DNA of 64,000 bases from Actinomycetes bacterium (GCA_035275125.1 DATENJ010000477.1:106-64105), one strand, 5' to 3'; positions 52,192 through 62,295 are shown, numbered from the stretch's first letter. The notes: a model not told the origin generated them from the letters alone. A program made the numbers and translations.

Positions 52192-52467
52192 GCGTCAGGG
52201 AGCGTCGGCCGCTCCAAGGCGGCAGCGTAGATTCGCAGCACTCCGGTGACCACGGCGAAGATGGGCGTCGGGTCAACGCCGAGCTCGGCTGCTCGCATCG
52301 CCTGGGGCAGGATGTCGGCCTCCAGGAAGCCGAGGAGCAGGCGAATGAGCTTCACGCCGACCTCCGCCACCTGCATCTGGTCGTGGGTGACCTGGCCCAG
52401 GGACTCGCTGATCGCGGCGGCCAAGGCTTCCGAGTCCAGCTCAGGGGCTGGATCGCCAGTTGGCATG
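52188..52467 (-). CDS. small hypothetical helical protein
   Basis: 93-aa ORF with RBS AAGGCGGA; no known family. Confidence 0.35.
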
Positions 52468-52605
52468 GGGTCCGCCTTGTGTGTGGTCGGTGAGAATAGC
52501 CCGACTTCGCCCAGGGTGGCAACCAGACTACCCACAGCGGCCGCGACGGACCCAGGCGTCGCCGCTACAGGCGCGGACAGACCTACCGACTGATGCGGTG
52601 AGCGA

Positions 52606-54003
52606 TCACTGCGCCGGCGTGCTGGGCTGGATGTTCTTGTTGTTGTGGAACACGTTTGCGGGGTCGTACCTGGCTTTCACCTCGGCGAGCCGCCGGTACG
52701 TGTTGTCGCCGTAGGCCTCGCGGACGCGGCTCGTGTCGTCGTCGGAGTCGAGGAAGTTCACGTAGACGCCGGCGCGGTGGGGCTGCAGGGCGTCGAGGAA
52801 TGCTCGGGCCCACGCGGTCTCCGATGCCCTGATGGTGTCGTCCTGCTCGGGGAGCCAGGCTGCGTCGATGACGATGTTGTGCTCCACATCACGCCCGGGG
52901 TAGGCCGTGGCGTCCCGAGGGGCTCGGGCGACCGCGCCACCCATGTGGAACACCGCCGCGTACGACATCGGGGAGGTGGCCCCGTAGGCGTGCGCGGCGA
53001 CGATGTCGATGACCTCGTCGGACAGGCGGGTGAGGCTGGTGGCCTTCCAGTAGTAGTGCCAGCCATGGGGGACGGTGTCGTCGAGGCCGCGCTGATGGTC
53101 GACGTACAGGGTGGGTCCGACCAGATCCACGAGCGGGGTCCCGAACTGGCGGAGCCCACGGACGGCAAGCTCACCTGCCTCCACGGGTCCGGCGTAGCAG
53201 CTGGCCACGGCGATTGCCGGCCGGAAGCGGAGGTCCTCGTCGACACCCGGCAGCGGCGGGATCGTGCCGAGCCGGATGACGGTCCCGAGCTCGTCGGGCG
53301 CGTCGGCGACGAAGTCCCGGTAGAAGCGCAGGACCTCGGTGGTGTCCTCGGCCGCCCAGAACACCGGTCCGGCCATGACGGTGGGGCCGACCGGGTGCAG
53401 CGCGAACCGGAACGAGCTGACGACGCCGAAGTTCCCGCCGCCGCCTCGCAGGGCCCAGAACAGGTCGGGGTGCTCGCTGGCCGACGCCCGCACGATCTCG
53501 CCCTCGGCGGTGACCACCTCGGCCTGGACGAGATTGTCGACGGTGAGCCCGTACTTGCGCATGAGCCAGCCGATGCCGCCGCCCAGGGTGAGGCCGCCGA
53601 CGCCGGTGTGACCCACGATGCCGCCCGTGGTCGCCAGACCGTACGCCTGTGTCTCGTGGTCGACATCCGCCCACAGGGCACCGCCCTGGACGAGGGCCGT
53701 GCGTTCCACAGGGTTGACCGACACGGCACGCATCGCCGACAGGTCGATCAGGATCCCGCCGTCGCACACCGCGGTGCCGGCGACGTTGTGACCCCCGCCG
53801 CGAACGGCGATCTCGAGATCGCGGTCGCGGGCGAAGCGGACCGCTGCGGCCACGTCGGCGGTGCCGCCGCAGCGGGCAATCAGCCGAGGTCGCCGGTCGA
53901 CGATGCCGTTCCATACGGCCCGGGCGTCGTCGTAGTCATGGCGGTCGGGGACGATCACATCGCCCCGGAACCCAGGAATCTGCGTCGTGGTTGGTGCTGA
54001 CAT
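52606..54003 (-). CDS. FAD-linked oxidase (FAD_binding_4 / BBE-like oxidoreductase)
   Basis: FAD-binding PCMH domain (RGGGHNVAG, GGGIGWLMRKYG) and C-terminal BBE-like region (AYVNFLD). Confidence 0.85.
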   Translation of the reverse strand: MSAPTTTQIPGFRGDVIVPDRHDYDDARAVWNGIVDRRPRLIARCGGTADVAAAVRFARDRDLEIAVRGGGHNVAGTAVCDGGILIDLSAMRAVSVNPVERTALVQGGALWADVDHETQAYGLATTGGIVGHTGVGGLTLGGGIGWLMRKYGLTVDNLVQAEVVTAEGEIVRASASEHPDLFWALRGGGGNFGVVSSFRFALHPVGPTVMAGPVFWAAEDTTEVLRFYRDFVADAPDELGTVIRLGTIPPLPGVDEDLRFRPAIAVASCYAGPVEAGELAVRGLRQFGTPLVDLVGPTLYVDHQRGLDDTVPHGWHYYWKATSLTRLSDEVIDIVAAHAYGATSPMSYAAVFHMGGAVARAPRDATAYPGRDVEHNIVIDAAWLPEQDDTIRASETAWARAFLDALQPHRAGVYVNFLDSDDDTSRVREAYGDNTYRRLAEVKARYDPANVFHNNKNIQPSTPAQ

Positions 54004-54128
54004 CGTCCCTCCTCTGGTGGATGGACTCATCGCAACATCGGGGGGCACTGAGGAGAAGTCAGCGATCTGGACTTTGAAGTAAGAAATCTGGACTTCACGG
54101 CGGTCGGTTGCCGCGGGACACTGCGGTC

Positions 54129-54821
54129 ATGAGGACCTACGGTCAGTACTGCCCGATCGCCCGTGGCGCGGAGATCTTCGCTGAGCGTTGGACGCCGTTG
54201 ATCGTCCGCAACCTGCATCTGGGCTGTGAGACCTTCGGCGAGATCCTCGAGGGTGCGCCCGGGCTCTCCCACACCCTGCTCGCGCAGCGGCTCAAGCAGC
54301 TCGAACGCCTCGGCATCGTCGAGTCGGCACCGAAGGCGCAGGGGCGCGGTCACCGATACCAGCTCACGAGCTCGGGCCACGATCTGTTCAAGGTCTGCGA
54401 GACCCTCGGCGAGTGGGGCGCTCGTTGGCTCGAGATCGCCCCCGAGAACCTCGATCCCTACGTGGCGCTGTGGTCGATGTGCAACGCGCTCCGCCGGGAC
54501 CGGCTCCCGGACCAGCGCGTGGTCATCCGGTTGGACTTCACCGGCTACCGTCCTCACGAGCGGTACTGGCTGCTGCTCGAGCACCGCGAGGCCGAGATCT
54601 GCAAGACCTATCTCGGCCTGGACGAAGACCTCTACATCACCGCCGACGCCGAAGCGTTCGTGAAGTGGCACGCCGGGCAGCTGTCCTGGGCGGAGGCCAC
54701 CCGCGACTCCCGGATCCAGCTCCACGGCCCGTCATGGCTCGTGCGGGCCTTCCCGAGCTGGAACGGCCGCAGCATGTTCGCCCACATCAGACCCGACGCC
54801 GCCACTGTCACCGCGAACTGA
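54129..54821 (+). CDS. HxlR-family transcriptional regulator (long form with C-terminal domain)
   Basis: HxlR wHTH (YCPIARGAEIFAERWTPLIVRNLHLGCETFGEILEGAPGLSHTLLAQRLKQLERLGIV); divergent from the FAD oxidase. Confidence 0.75.
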   Translation: MRTYGQYCPIARGAEIFAERWTPLIVRNLHLGCETFGEILEGAPGLSHTLLAQRLKQLERLGIVESAPKAQGRGHRYQLTSSGHDLFKVCETLGEWGARWLEIAPENLDPYVALWSMCNALRRDRLPDQRVVIRLDFTGYRPHERYWLLLEHREAEICKTYLGLDEDLYITADAEAFVKWHAGQLSWAEATRDSRIQLHGPSWLVRAFPSWNGRSMFAHIRPDAATVTAN

Positions 54822-55774
54822 CGCTGGCCGGCAGCGCGCTCGTACAGGCCGACAACCTGGCCTCGGTCGTTGAGGTCGTGGGCCTGGCTGTCGGATGAGG
54901 CGAGCGGGTGATCGATCGTCGTGTAGGCGCCGCTCTTGTACCGGAAGCCGTGGCGGACCTGGTTGGCATCCAGGTAGAAGCCCACGACGTGGCCGCGGTT
55001 GTTGATGCCGAAGGGGACGGTCGCCACGGCACCGGGGAAGGCAAGCGTGGTGAGGCCGCCGTTGGCTTCTCGAAGGTACACGCGAGTCGCTCCCGCGGCG
55101 TCGAGGTAGAAGCCGGTGGTCTGCCCGCGAGCGTTGCTGTCGACTGCCGTGGACTGCAGGGCGCCGGGGACGTCGATCGTGGTGTAGATCCCCTTGTCGA
55201 GGAGGAACCCGTGAAACGCTCCTCCGGCATCGACGTAGGTGCCGACGACCTGGCCGCGGTCGTTGAGGCCCAGGGCCTGGGTCGGCGCGCCGGGGACGTC
55301 GATCGTCGTGAAGCGGCCCTTGTCCAGCAGGTAACCGTGGCAGCCGCCGCGCGCGTCCTCGTAGTCGCCCAGGATCTGCCTGCGGGCGTTGATCCTCAGC
55401 GCAATCGTCCGCGCGGCGCCCGGGACGTCGATGGTCGTGTAGCGCCCGCGGTCGAGGACGAACCCGTGGACGGCGAAGCCGGCGGTGTCGTAGCCGCCCA
55501 CGATCTGGCCGCGGTTGTTGATGCCGAAGGGCGCGGTCTCCAGGACGGCGTCCGGGTGGTCGATCGTGGTGAACTCACCCCGGTCAAGGAGAAAACCGGG
55601 GCCGAGCGGATCCACGGGATCGTCCGCGATGCAGCTGACCGGTGGCGGCTCCGCGGCCCCGGCGGGGGCGGGACCGGCCACGACGAGCGTCGCGAGGAGG
55701 AGGGCGGCCGCCAGGATCCTCCAACCACTGGTGGTGCTGTCCGTCGGGATCTCGGTGAGCGAAGGGGACGCCAT
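54632..55774 (-). CDS. secreted tandem-repeat protein with HAF-like ~47-aa repeats (x6), paralogue 1
   Basis: Signal peptide (LAAALLLATLVVAGPAPAGAA), then the repeat unit [YF]TTIDxPGA..T.A.GINNRGQ[IV]VG.Y.DA.G..HGF.LD. Its 3' end overlaps the HxlR gene by ~190 nt, so the true stop is uncertain. Confidence 0.6.
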   Translation of the reverse strand: MASPSLTEIPTDSTTSGWRILAAALLLATLVVAGPAPAGAAEPPPVSCIADDPVDPLGPGFLLDRGEFTTIDHPDAVLETAPFGINNRGQIVGGYDTAGFAVHGFVLDRGRYTTIDVPGAARTIALRINARRQILGDYEDARGGCHGYLLDKGRFTTIDVPGAPTQALGLNDRGQVVGTYVDAGGAFHGFLLDKGIYTTIDVPGALQSTAVDSNARGQTTGFYLDAAGATRVYLREANGGLTTLAFPGAVATVPFGINNRGHVVGFYLDANQVRHGFRYKSGAYTTIDHPLASSDSQAHDLNDRGQVVGLYERAAGQRQFAVTVAASGLMWANMLRPFQLGKARTSHDGPWSWIRESRVASAQDSCPACHFTNASASAVM

Positions 55775-55823
55775 GCTGGTCTCCTCTCCGGTGCGGGTCG
55801 GTTCTCTCGCCCGACCAGCCGGG

Positions 55824-56870
55824 CTACGGGAGCATGGGGTCCATCGTGCCGAGCGGATCCAGGCCCATTGCCCCGCCGGCGGCACCGCCGGCCGCCGGGT
55901 CGGTGTAGTAGCCGACGATGTGGCCACGGTCGTTGATCGCCGTCGCGAACGTCGAAACCGCTCCTGGCACAGCGATCCGTGTGGGCTCTCCGTCGTCATA
56001 CCGGAACGCGCGGAGCGTCACGAAGGTGCCGTCCGCACTGAGAAACGCAGCGGTCGCAGCGGTCTGACCGCGATTGTTGAGCCCGATGTGGATGGTCTGC
56101 ACCGCCCCCGGCACATCCGGCAATCTCGTGAAGGTGCCGTCGCGCTCCCGCAGGAACGTGTAGTGGCTGTTCTTCGGGTCGGCCGGAACAAACGCCTGAC
56201 CGATCGACTGGCCGCGGTCGTTGATGTCGTTGAGGGTGGTGTTGGACACACCGGGAGCGTCGACCCTGATGAACCGCCCGTCCTCGTAGATGTAGCCGCG
56301 GAGGAACCGCAGCGGCACCTGCCGGTCCACGTCGCTGTAGATGCCGACCACCTGGCCGCGGTTGTTGATTCTCCAGGCGAGGGTGGTCAGCGCGCCAGGG
56401 ACGTCGAGCGTGGTGAACTTGCCGCGGGCGCTCCGCAGATACCCGTGGGCCTCCCCCATCGTCGGGTCGTACCTGAGGAGGGAGCCGACGGTCACGCCGC
56501 GGTCGTTGCCGCCGGTGAGGTCGTTCTCCAGGTCCCCAGCTGGGTCGTCGAACTTCGTGTACCTGCCGCGCTTGTCCAGGCGGAAGCCGTGCAGCCGGCC
56601 GTCGGCGTTGGCGTAGTAGCCGATGACATCACCGCTGTTGGTGATGTCCCACGCCTCGGTCCTGGTGGCGCCGGGGAAGTCGATGGTCCGGTAGCGCTCG
56701 CCGTCGAAGACGTAGCCGTGGATCGCACCTCGTGCGGGAGCGGCGTCCTGACCGTCCGAGGTCGCGGCGGCGGCGGGTAGCCCGCTCGCCGCCAGCGTCA
56801 CGGCGGCCAGCACGAGAGCGGAGACGACTGCTGCGCGGATGCGATGTGGGTATCGGGTGATGCGCACCAT
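55824..56870 (-). CDS. secreted tandem-repeat protein with HAF-like repeats, paralogue 2
   Basis: Signal peptide (AAVVSALVLAAVTLAASG) and the same repeat family (HGYVFDGERYRTIDFPGA, TLDVPGALTTLAWRINNRGQVVG). Confidence 0.6.
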   Translation of the reverse strand: MVRITRYPHRIRAAVVSALVLAAVTLAASGLPAAAATSDGQDAAPARGAIHGYVFDGERYRTIDFPGATRTEAWDITNSGDVIGYYANADGRLHGFRLDKRGRYTKFDDPAGDLENDLTGGNDRGVTVGSLLRYDPTMGEAHGYLRSARGKFTTLDVPGALTTLAWRINNRGQVVGIYSDVDRQVPLRFLRGYIYEDGRFIRVDAPGVSNTTLNDINDRGQSIGQAFVPADPKNSHYTFLRERDGTFTRLPDVPGAVQTIHIGLNNRGQTAATAAFLSADGTFVTLRAFRYDDGEPTRIAVPGAVSTFATAINDRGHIVGYYTDPAAGGAAGGAMGLDPLGTMDPMLP

Positions 56871-57056
56871 GCTGGTGCACCCCCTTCCTGTCATGCCGGA
56901 GGTCGTCACCAGATGTTCGCCGCGAACGGCCAGCCGGATCGGCTCAGGCCGGAATCACCCGGGCGGGGTGAGGACGGGTCACCCGGGCCGCCATCGCCGC
57001 GACTAGGGCCAAAGGGCCGCCCATCACGGGGCGGCCCTTGGCATGGCTGGGAGCGG

Positions 57057-59009
57057 TCAGGGTCTGATCTGGCTGAAGCGGGTGGCCCAGTTGGCCAGGG
57101 CGGTGCGGGTGCCACCGCAGCTGCCGAGCTCCGGCCCGGCGTTGGCGAACCACTCGGTGAGGGTGCAGGTCTGGTTGATGTATTCGTTCGCGATCCAGAT
57201 CGAGTTGCCGTCGGCCACGGCGGCGCCGTAGTCACCCCAGCGGGTCCGCGGTGGGTCGCCAACGAATGCCTTGTAGCTGGTGAACCCGTCCGAGACGCCC
57301 TTGCCTTCGGCGGCGACCCGGACCGGTCCCGCACCAGACTTCAGGTCGAGCCCGGCGTAGGCCGCGCTCGGGTAGTGGTCGGCGCCGACAAGGGTGAAGG
57401 AGATCACGGCGCGGCCGGCGTCGGTGACCCCGACCGTCGGGTAGGTCAGGTTGTTGTTCTTCACGCCCAGGTAGCCCTGCTTGACGATGGAACCGCTCAC
57501 GGCCGACCCCGAGACCTTGGGCCGGACGACGAAGAACTCCAGGCCCGCCTTGGTGGCGCCGCCGACGTTGACGGCGGTATCGAGCGAGCTCCAGAGCTTC
57601 CCGTCGGCGAAGGTCACCTGGTGCATGCGGGTGTCGCTGGCGTCCAGGTGCGAGATGACCTCGTCGTGGGCGGGTTCCTCGGTGAAGAGCAGCTGCCAGC
57701 AGCCCGGCCCGAACGGCGTCGCCAGGGTGGTGTCGTTGACGCATTGGCCGAGCGGGAAGTCGCCGGGCTTCTGGTCGGCCTTGGGCGAGATGCTGTAGGT
57801 GCCGACGTTGATGAGGGAGTTGCGTAGGACCGGCTGGGGGTTCGAGGTGAGCAAGGTCGCCGTCCTGGTCAGCGACCAGATGGCGATGCGGTTGTCGGTG
57901 CCGTTGCCGTTGGCCTCCTCGGCGGCCATGGAGCTGAGGAAGTACTCGGTCCCGGCCTGAGCCAGCTCGTACCGGATGCCGGGGGTGACCCCAGGTCGCA
58001 GGGTGAAGCCCGGGTTGCCGTTCACCGCGCCGACAGTGTCGATCTGGGTCACGTTCACGGTGGCGGCGTTGCGGGCCAGGGCGAACTTGTTGAACGCATA
58101 GACCTGGGCGGCGTGGAACCCGTCGGCGAAGAACGGGTACTCGTTGGTGGTGATGTAGAAGCCGAAGGCGTCGGCGCCGATCTGGGGGTAGTCGCCCAGG
58201 CATGGCCCACCCTCGCAATTGTGGTCAGGGGTCCCGTCGGTGCCGTCGTCCTGCACGGGCACGCTGTAGATGGCCCACTGGCCGGTGGGATTGCTGGTCT
58301 TGCTGACGGCGATGTCCAGGTGGTTCGTGCCCACGAACGCCCCGTCTTCGGGATCCGCGTCGAGGGTCAGCACGACGTGGAACCACCGTCGGGTGACCCG
58401 GTCGAACAGACAGCTCGGGTCGGTCAGGAACGGCCCGAACTCCCCGGTGGTCCGGTTGATCGCCGGCGGGTAGCCGTAGAAGGTGTTCTGGTCGGTCACG
58501 CCGGTCACCGGGTTGCCGGCCGTGTCGTACACGCGCAGGACGTCGTTGACGGTCTCCAGCACGAAGCCATTGCCCACGCACAGGCCCTGGTCGGGCGGTT
58601 CCAGCGAGAACTGGTTGCCGCCGTTGGCGGTGCGCTGGTCGCGGTGGTTCAGGCCGTCGATGCTGCGGACCAGCCTCGGGCTCGACGTCACCTTGGCGCC
58701 GGCCACGGTGGCGCCGGCGTGGCTACGCAGCCCGCGCGAGAGGCTCCGGTCGACGGTCACGCCCCGGCGGGCGGTGGCCACTCTGGCGGCGGCCTCGTCG
58801 GCGTCAGGCTCCTCACTGGGCCGGATCTCCGGCTGCTGGAGGGCCCCACTGCCGACCGAACCGCCACGGATCGATGTCGTCCCACCACTGGGAATCTGCC
58901 GGGTGACGGTGTCCGCGCGCGCCGGCGGGACACCCGCGCCCACCAACAGCAGCGCCGCGCAGACCAGGACTGGTACCAGCGACCAAGCCAGCACGCTCCT
59001 GCGGTTCAT
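57057..59009 (-). CDS. large secreted hypothetical protein (651 aa)
   Basis: N-terminal signal peptide MNRRSVLAWSLVPVLVCAALLLVGAGVPPARA and strong codon bias; no family recognised. Confidence 0.55.
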   Translation of the reverse strand: MNRRSVLAWSLVPVLVCAALLLVGAGVPPARADTVTRQIPSGGTTSIRGGSVGSGALQQPEIRPSEEPDADEAAARVATARRGVTVDRSLSRGLRSHAGATVAGAKVTSSPRLVRSIDGLNHRDQRTANGGNQFSLEPPDQGLCVGNGFVLETVNDVLRVYDTAGNPVTGVTDQNTFYGYPPAINRTTGEFGPFLTDPSCLFDRVTRRWFHVVLTLDADPEDGAFVGTNHLDIAVSKTSNPTGQWAIYSVPVQDDGTDGTPDHNCEGGPCLGDYPQIGADAFGFYITTNEYPFFADGFHAAQVYAFNKFALARNAATVNVTQIDTVGAVNGNPGFTLRPGVTPGIRYELAQAGTEYFLSSMAAEEANGNGTDNRIAIWSLTRTATLLTSNPQPVLRNSLINVGTYSISPKADQKPGDFPLGQCVNDTTLATPFGPGCWQLLFTEEPAHDEVISHLDASDTRMHQVTFADGKLWSSLDTAVNVGGATKAGLEFFVVRPKVSGSAVSGSIVKQGYLGVKNNNLTYPTVGVTDAGRAVISFTLVGADHYPSAAYAGLDLKSGAGPVRVAAEGKGVSDGFTSYKAFVGDPPRTRWGDYGAAVADGNSIWIANEYINQTCTLTEWFANAGPELGSCGGTRTALANWATRFSQIRP

Positions 59010-59565
59010 GGTTTCTCCGTTCGGTGCTCGTGCGGACGCCCATGCGTCCTGCACGGAGTGGCGACGAATGGAGAGGGACGGCGGAGCGCGAGCTGGGCAT
59101 CGTTGCCGAGGCTCGGCCATGCAGCCTCCTTCGCAGGACCGGCGGCAGCCGCTTGGGCGACAAACGACCACCAACGCAGAAGACCCTGACGATCAGCCCG
59201 GATCGTGTCAATCGGCCCGCACTACGACATCGGGCGTAAAGGCACATACAGCTCCGCGGGGTGTCGACCAGCGTCGCCGGGGGCCGGTGCTCGACACGGC
59301 CAATGCGGCCCTGGGCTATCTGGAGGAGCTGTTCCCCGACAGCATCGGTGAGGCCTGCTTCATCGACCGGGCCGGACCTGAGAACGCCCGCATGGTCCGC
59401 GGCGTGCGGGCAACCCTTCAGGACCTGGCCACCCGAACGGGCAAACGCAACCACCAGCGTCCTGGATCGCGTGCCCGACCGCGCCTAAGCACTCCCGCGA
59501 CCTCCCTCGTGGCGCTGGCCGCGCCGAGCGTGCGGCCGGCATCGGCTTAGGGCACGGTAGGGACC

Positions 59566-60414
59566 ATGAGCAGGTGGCACGTCAGCAACGAGGTCCGGAG
59601 CAAGATCGCCAGCACGGGGCCACTGGGTCGGGCCTGGCTGGACGAACTCGCGCGCGGTCCCGCGATGACGGCTGACGTGGAGGAGGTCGAGGTCGTCGTC
59701 GCCCATCAGGAGCGCATCACCCTGCGCGTCGGCGACGTCTTCGTGAAGCTCGACGCTGACCGGTCACGCCTCGATGTCGAGGTCGAGGCGATGACGATGG
59801 CACCGGTCCCGACTCCGGAGATCCTGTGGCGCAAGCCGCACGAGCTCGCGCTCGCCGCCCTCCCAGCGACAGCACTCGGCCGCCTCGGCCAGCCGTCGCC
59901 CTCGCGGCCAGCGGCGTGGGCCGCTGCGGGAGCCGCCGTCCGGACGCTGCACGACGCGCCGCTGCCCCCATGGCGCAGTCGGAAACTCGACGGGCTCGCA
60001 TCACAGCTCGACAGCGAGTGCGAGTGGTTCGTCGCCAACCGGGTCCTTCCCGCCGACGTGGTCACGCACAACCGGCGGCTGGCCGAGGGGGCGCTCCGGC
60101 CGTCGACGCCGGTGTTCATGCACGGCGACCTGCAGGTCTGCCACATCTTCGTCGACGGTGACAAGGTCACCGGCATCCTCGATTGGTCCGAAGGCGGCCA
60201 GGGCGACGCGCTGTGGGACCTCGCCACCCTCACGATGGGGCACCCCGAGCACCTCGGCGACGTCATCGCCGGCTACGGCACCGACGTCGACCTCGACATG
60301 GTCCGCGGGTGGTGGTCGGTGCGTTGCCTGCTGGCGACCCGCTGGCTGGTCGAGCACGGCTACGGTCCCGCCGAGGAGTATCCCGAGGTCGCCCTGCTGA
60401 GGTCCCAGCCGTAA
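59566..60414 (+). CDS. phosphotransferase-enzyme-family kinase (aminoglycoside phosphotransferase/APH-like fold)
   Basis: Brenner-type catalytic motif HGDLQVCHIFVDGDKVTGILDWSEGGQGDALWDLA. Confidence 0.75.
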   Translation: MSRWHVSNEVRSKIASTGPLGRAWLDELARGPAMTADVEEVEVVVAHQERITLRVGDVFVKLDADRSRLDVEVEAMTMAPVPTPEILWRKPHELALAALPATALGRLGQPSPSRPAAWAAAGAAVRTLHDAPLPPWRSRKLDGLASQLDSECEWFVANRVLPADVVTHNRRLAEGALRPSTPVFMHGDLQVCHIFVDGDKVTGILDWSEGGQGDALWDLATLTMGHPEHLGDVIAGYGTDVDLDMVRGWWSVRCLLATRWLVEHGYGPAEEYPEVALLRSQP

Positions 60415-60495
60415 GGCTCGGCATCACGGACACCCTCATTGGACATGTGGAGCAATTGGGAGGATTATCCCCCGATTGCCCGTCCGGAGGTGCGA

Positions 60496-60741
60496 ATGCG
60501 CTACAAGGTCGGTGCCGAGCAGCTTGAGCGGGTGCCATCGCTGGCCCATCGGCCTGACGGGGTGTTCCGGGTGGCCCGGACAGCCCCGGTCGGCCCAACC
60601 CATGCCGTCTGCGCCCGGACCGGGGCCACGGTCTGCGGGATGAAGCCTGACGCCCTTGTGGTGCTGGATGAGGATTGGGAGGCGGCCTGCTTTGTCGAGA
60701 AATGCTCGGCCTGCTTCGTCGCCCTCGCCGGCGGAAGCTGA
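60496..60741 (+). CDS. small Cys-rich hypothetical protein (possible metal-binding)
   Basis: 81-aa ORF, RBS GGAGGTG 5 nt before the ATG; Cys pattern C-x7-C...C-x4-C-x2-C. It overlaps the GrpB 5' region, so it is tentative. Confidence 0.3.
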   Translation: MRYKVGAEQLERVPSLAHRPDGVFRVARTAPVGPTHAVCARTGATVCGMKPDALVVLDEDWEAACFVEKCSACFVALAGGS

Positions 60742-60785
60742 CCGCCTCCTGTAGGAGTCGAGGGCGGCCGTCGGCGTGTTGGAGG

Positions 60786-61385
60786 ATGATCGAGGCCATG
60801 GACGAGCCGGCCCCCTTACAGCGGCGCTCTCGGGATGGTGGGCCAGATCCCGTCGAGATCGTGGCCTACGATCCGACCTGGACGGCACGGTTCGCCGAGC
60901 TGGGCCGCGATCTCCGCGCCGGGCTGGGTGAGGTCGCGCTTCGGATCGACCACATCGGCTCCACCTCGGTGCCCGGCCTGGCCGCCAAGCCGATCGTCGA
61001 CATCCAGGTCTCGGTGGCCGACTTCGAGCCGCTGGCCGCGTACCGGCTGCCGCTGGAGCGGTTGGGGTATGTGTACAGGGCCGACAATCCCGAGCGGACC
61101 AAGCGGTACTTCCGGGAGCCGCCTGGCCGTCGCCGGACCCATGTGCATGTGCGCCGGGCGGGCAGTTTCTCTGAGCAGTGGGCGCTGCTGTTCCGCGACT
61201 ACCTGCGCGCAGACCCTGACGCGGCGGTCGAGTACGAGGCGGTGAAGCGACGCCTGGCCATCCGCTATCGGGACGACCGCAGGGCATATGTCGACGCCAA
61301 GGGGCCGTTCCTGTGGGAGATCATCCGCCGGGCCGACGACTGGGCCCAGACCCAGGGCTGGTTCCCCGGTCCCAGCGACGCCTGA
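60786..61385 (+). CDS. GrpB family protein (UPF0157; nucleotidyltransferase-like)
   Basis: VAYDPTWTARFAELGRDLRAGLG...IDHIGSTSVPGLAAKPIVDIQVSV...RTHVHV typical of GrpB. Confidence 0.8.
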   Translation: MIEAMDEPAPLQRRSRDGGPDPVEIVAYDPTWTARFAELGRDLRAGLGEVALRIDHIGSTSVPGLAAKPIVDIQVSVADFEPLAAYRLPLERLGYVYRADNPERTKRYFREPPGRRRTHVHVRRAGSFSEQWALLFRDYLRADPDAAVEYEAVKRRLAIRYRDDRRAYVDAKGPFLWEIIRRADDWAQTQGWFPGPSDA

Positions 61386-61389
61386 GCAG

Positions 61390-61872
61390 TCAGGTCTGGT
61401 TGGTGGCCGCCTTGGCGAGCAGCTCCAGAAGGCTGCTCCAGCCGCCGCCCCCGGTGATCCCGTCACGGAGGGCCTGGCCGTCGACCAGTCGCTCCAGATG
61501 TCGGTGCTCCAGGGTGACGGTGGTCTGGTCGGGGCCGTCGGCGCTGAAGCGGACCTCGATCTCGCTGGCGTGGGCGGGGTCGGGGTCGTACTGCCAGTGG
61601 CCGTTGATCTGCCAGGTCACGACCAGCCGGTGCGGTGGCTCCCAGATCAGCACCCGACCCCAGTCGCACTCGCTGCCGTCGGTGCCTTGTTCGTACCAGC
61701 GGCCGCCTTGGCGTGGTTCCAGGATGGCGGTGGCCATGTCGGCCTGGCCGATGTGGTACTCGGCCGGCCACCAGCTACCGAACTGCTCGGTGAAGGTCCG
61801 GAAGGTCCGCTCGACGGGTACGTCGAGGGTGACGGTTCCGGTGAGCGGCGGGATGGTGGGGGTGCTGGTCAT
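61390..61872 (-). CDS. SRPBCC-superfamily protein (AHSA1/Aha1-like activator of Hsp90 ATPase domain)
   Basis: 160-aa AHSA1-domain pattern; ATGA overlap with the upstream ArsR gene, a common ArsR–AHSA1 pairing. Confidence 0.7.
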   Translation of the reverse strand: MTSTPTIPPLTGTVTLDVPVERTFRTFTEQFGSWWPAEYHIGQADMATAILEPRQGGRWYEQGTDGSECDWGRVLIWEPPHRLVVTWQINGHWQYDPDPAHASEIEVRFSADGPDQTTVTLEHRHLERLVDGQALRDGITGGGGWSSLLELLAKAATNQT

Positions 61873-62201
61873 GCATCCTCCTGCTCGGGGTCGGTGGGGG
61901 CCGCTTGGGCGGCCTTGGCGAAGGCGGTGAGGGCCTCGGCCCAGATGCGGTCCAGGTAGGTGCGCAGGGCGGTCACGCCCTCGGGGTTGAGCCGGTAGAT
62001 GCGGCGGGTTCCCTGGGCTTGGCTGACGACCAGGCCGCCCTCTCTGAGCACGCGCAGGTGCTGGGAGACCGCGGGTCGGGTGACGGGCAGCTGCTGGGCC
62101 AGCTCCCCGACCGTGCTTGGGCGTCGCGCCAGCAGCTCGAAGATGGCTCGCCGCGTCGGGTCGCCCAGCAGCCCCAGTCCCGCAACTCCGTTAGTGTCCA
62201 C
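61869..62201 (-). CDS. ArsR/SmtB-family transcriptional regulator
   Basis: LLGDPTRRAIFELLARRPSTVGELAQQLPVTRPAVSQHLRVLREGGLV. Confidence 0.85.
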   Translation of the reverse strand: MDTNGVAGLGLLGDPTRRAIFELLARRPSTVGELAQQLPVTRPAVSQHLRVLREGGLVVSQAQGTRRIYRLNPEGVTALRTYLDRIWAEALTAFAKAAQAAPTDPEQEDA

Positions 62202-62295
62202 TAACGTAAGTTACGACTAACGGGACCCTGAGCGCAAGTGGTCCTAGCCTGGGGCTGGTTGGCCGACGTGCCACCGGGGGGCTATTCTGCCGTTT

